Origin: Pelagibacteraceae bacterium AG-422-B15 | GTDB lineage: Bacteria; Pseudomonadota; Alphaproteobacteria; Pelagibacterales; AG-422-B15 | Assembly: GCA_905182345.1 (NCBI GenBank) | Contig: CAJJBG010000015.1 | Coordinates: 36,532-100,531, forward strand | DNA: 64,000 nucleotides | Direction of reading: 5' to 3' | Position numbers and translations under genes: made by a program | The notes under the pieces: model-generated | Told to the model about the DNA's origin: nothing | Databases searched by the model: none | What the model saw: the letters and a program-made list of their open reading frames with translations, nothing else | In this document: positions 63,442-64,000 of the stretch, in pieces | Layout of the letters: every line of letters begins with the position of its first letter | Numbering within the stretch: position 1 is the stretch's first letter

Positions 63442-63870
63442 TTATTCTTGAGTTTCTAGAGTTTCTAGAGTTTTTTGAAATTTACCAGCATGTGATTTTT
63501 CAGCCTTAGCTAAAGTTTCAAACCAGTCAGCAATTTCATCGAAGCCTTCTTCTCTAGCAGTCTTAGCCATACCTGGATACATATCAGTATATTCATGTGT
63601 TTCTCCAGCTATTGACGCTTTCAAATTATCAAGTGTTAATCCAATTGGCTTACCAGTTGCTGGATCTCCAACTTCTTCCATAAATTCTAGGTGTCCATGC
63701 GCATGACCTGTTTCACCTTCTGCTGTAGAACGGAAAACTGCAGCTACATCATTGTGTCCTTCGATGTCAGCCTTTTGTGCAAAGTATAAGTATCTTCTGT
63801 TTGCTTGACTCTCGCCAGCAAAAGCTGCTTTCAAGTTATCAAGGGTTTTACTTTCTGATAATGTTGTCAT
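63442..63870 (-). CDS. rbr: Short rubrerythrin (no rubredoxin domain)
   Basis: [37 protein letters not shown]; no C-terminal CxxC. Confidence 0.92.
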   Translation of the reverse strand: MTTLSESKTLDNLKAAFAGESQANRRYLYFAQKADIEGHNDVAAVFRSTAEGETGHAHGHLEFMEEVGDPATGKPIGLTLDNLKASIAGETHEYTDMYPGMAKTAREEGFDEIADWFETLAKAEKSHAGKFQKTLETLETQE

Positions 63871-63933
63871 AGTTAATCTCCTAATTTTAATATTAATTAA
63901 TTACAATATAGGTGCAGAATTAGATAAGTCAAT

Positions 63934-63954
63934 AGTTTAGAATTATTCTAAACT
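63934..63954. promoter_or_regulatory. Irr iron control element (ICE)
   Basis: AG-TTTAGAA-TTA-TTCTAAA-CT is an exact TTTAGAA-N3-TTCTAAA upstream of rbr. Confidence 0.85.
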
Positions 63955-63956
63955 GA

Positions 63957-63977
63957 TATTGATAATTATTATCAATA
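63957..63977. promoter_or_regulatory. Fur-type 7-1-7 box
   Basis: TAT-TGATAAT-T-ATTATCA-ATA, a perfect 10-1-10 palindrome. Confidence 0.7.
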
Positions 63978-64000
63978 ACTTAATCTTCCAGATGAATAAC

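Noticed and set aside
63449-63473. Short GAGTTTCTA tandem repeat
   Set aside because: Only about 2.5 in-frame units encoding TLETLET at the rbr C-terminus; not an array.

Overview
AT-rich, densely packed chromosomal segment of a free-living alphaproteobacterium. The gene set (chvI/chvG-pckA, ahcY-tsaE-amgK-murU, alpha-type LexA and Irr boxes, photolyase, amt without glnK) suggests a streamlined marine lineage, but the taxon cannot be fixed from sequence alone. Left half (accessory/nutrient): BetI-like TetR with its operator, a polyamine/glutarate catabolic cluster, a Liv-type ABC transporter, LexA-boxed umuDC, two tandem amt genes, a DUF3604-PPIase-like-HupE/UreJ module, an alkyl sulfatase and TauD. 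Right half (core): murU/amgK/tsaE/ahcY, chvGI, pckA, polA, gyrB-recF-dnaN-dnaA, rpsT, mutM, ubiE/ubiB, coaBC, dut, a photolyase and a rubrerythrin-FeS oxidoreductase-DUF3501 operon. Features not in the ORF track: (1) a regB'-'regA deletion-fusion pseudogene at ~46963-47480; (2) a structured RNA-like spacer between the amt paralogs whose hairpin loop is a 10-nt perfect complement of the downstream amt Shine-Dalgarno region; (3) adjacent consensus Irr (ICE) and Fur-type boxes upstream of rubrerythrin; (4) a window-truncated FAD oxidoreductase at 1-607. No tRNA, rRNA, CRISPR array or mobile element was seen. All family calls come from motif recognition, not database searches.
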